Assembly: GCF_036321535.1 (NCBI RefSeq)
Contig: NC_087437.1
Coordinates: forward strand, 112,656,001 to 112,720,000
Length of the DNA: 64,000 nt
Direction of reading: 5' to 3'
Source of the DNA: Camelus dromedarius
Taxonomy: Eukaryota
The notes beneath the pieces were generated by a model that saw only the letters and a list, made by a program, of their open reading frames with translations, made no database searches and was not told the origin of the DNA. Below are positions 62,549 through 64,000 of this stretch, piece by piece (the first letter of the stretch is position 1; every line of letters begins with the position of its first letter). The translations under genes and the position numbers were made by a program.

Positions 62549-64000
62549 TCAAATCTCTGTTTTAACTATGAGTGTGCTCCATTTTGAATTCTCATTCCAA
62601 AGGGTCCAGAGGGGCTTAACTTTGCACTGAAACCAACAAGCTGCTCAGGGACATAAAAGACAGAAAAGAGTGTTGGGCTGGTTGCTGGCCACACAGCCAG
62701 GTCCTTTGAGGAGCAGGAACATTGGCGGCCAAATAGGGGCTAATTTGGACCTTCTCCAGACCAAAAACTCTCGGAGTGTAGAGCTAGTCCTTGGCATGTT
62801 GGGGGAATTCTCATCCCCAGCACAGACTTCCCAGCTCAAGCTCTCTGTAGAGCCCAGGTATGTGTGAGCTGGGCTCTTTCTTGCTTCCACTGAGCTCTGG
62901 AAGCATCTGGCAGGGCTGGGCTGCACCGATGGCCTGGTGCTCCTAGCATGGTGGCCACTGATTTCAGAGCAGGGTCCTAAGAGGCTAATGTGCCTCTTAG
63001 AGAAGCAGGAAGTACTGTCAGAACGTGGGCCTTTTCTTCTTTCCTTCCATCTGTCTTTACTTCATTCCTTCTTCCTTCATTTCTTTGTTTCAAGAATGAC
63101 CATGATGGGGAAAGCGTGTCGAGGAACAGAACAGTGTGTTGTTCTGTATTGCTTCTAGACGTGCAGAAGGCAGTCGCTGCAGATACGCCAGAATTCGGTC
63201 AGAGAAGGATTTTGTCCTTTCCTAGTCGACCTCTTGTGCCAGTAGAAATGGACTTTTCCAAGCCTGGTCGTGGTGCTGATGGAATTTTTCCCATGAGACA
63301 CTTTTAACATTCAGGAAAAGTACAGAGCTATTTATTTTTTCTTGGGCTGAATTGTTATTTCCCGTAAAATGCCTCTCTTAACTTCAGGATCCTCCTTTAA
63401 CTTGAAATAAGGAGAAGTAAACTTGGATTGACACGATTTCCTACCTGCCGTTCAGGGACCACCCTCAGAGTGTGAGCTGCCAAGAAAATGGTCTTGTGGG
63501 TAAAAGAGAGAGTCTGAAGAAAGTCATAACACACCAGTTGGCTAGGAAAGCAGCTCCCAACAGTTTCTGAAGAAAATAGAATTTCTTTCTCCTGTCCTTG
63601 GCAGGTGGAAAAGCTTCACTTGATTTCCTTTATCCACTCAACCATCCCTGAGTGGACTGTGTGCTAAGCACCGTGGGAGGGCAGAGGGCAGGGTGATGAA
63701 TGAGGCCCAGCTGTTGGCATTGGGGTGGCCACAGGAATGGTGGGAGGGCTGGGATGGAAGGTGTGGGACCTGGGGCAAAGGGTGGGGAGTTTATGGAAGC
63801 AAGTAGGTAAGTTCTGAGAGATGAGGGAGGCCTGGAGCAGATTGGGCAGAACCAAAAGACAAACTCAGCCCCTGAGTCCTGCATGTGCGTTGGAGGTCGG
63901 GAAATTGGGGAGTTTGGGATCGAGCCTTCTTCACTCAGTAGAAAACCAGCCCCGCCCCTGGCTTTGATGATGTTGCCCTGTGAACCCAGGAGGTGGCTGT

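Noticed and set aside
1..64000. CRISPR arrays, operons, prokaryotic defence or other novel multi-gene systems
   Set aside because: The sequence is a spliced mammalian gene with typical interspersed repeats; no regularly spaced repeat-spacer array or long intronless ORF is present

Overview
Mammalian genomic DNA, most likely a camelid: ten copies of a tRNA-derived SINE match the camelid Vic-1 type as I recall it. The whole window lies inside the intersectin-1 gene (ITSN1) on the + strand. I resolved 19 canonical GT-AG coding exons (literature numbering 8-26, 2606 nt, 868 full codons), and splice phase is consistent at every junction. They encode EH2, the KERQ coiled coil, SH3A with the 15-nt neuronal microexon 20 (VKGEW), the SH3A-B linker, SH3B and SH3C. 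The alternative terminal exon 22a is also present as an intact 110-codon frame that appears to be an exonised L2 3' end carrying its own AATAAA. The introns hold L1, L2, MIR, MaLR/ERV LTR, hAT and Tigger-type relics. The most interesting unexplained structures are: (i) two inverted MER8/Tigger-type MITEs bracketing old MIR-containing DNA inside an otherwise continuous L1, resembling a composite transposon; (ii) phase-compatible fossil or cryptic exon candidates in intron 16, one encoding KERQ-like coiled-coil sequence; (iii) a tRNA-Glu 5'-half-like insert. I see no prokaryote-type system (CRISPR, operons). Repeat family names and human comparisons are from memory, not from a database search.
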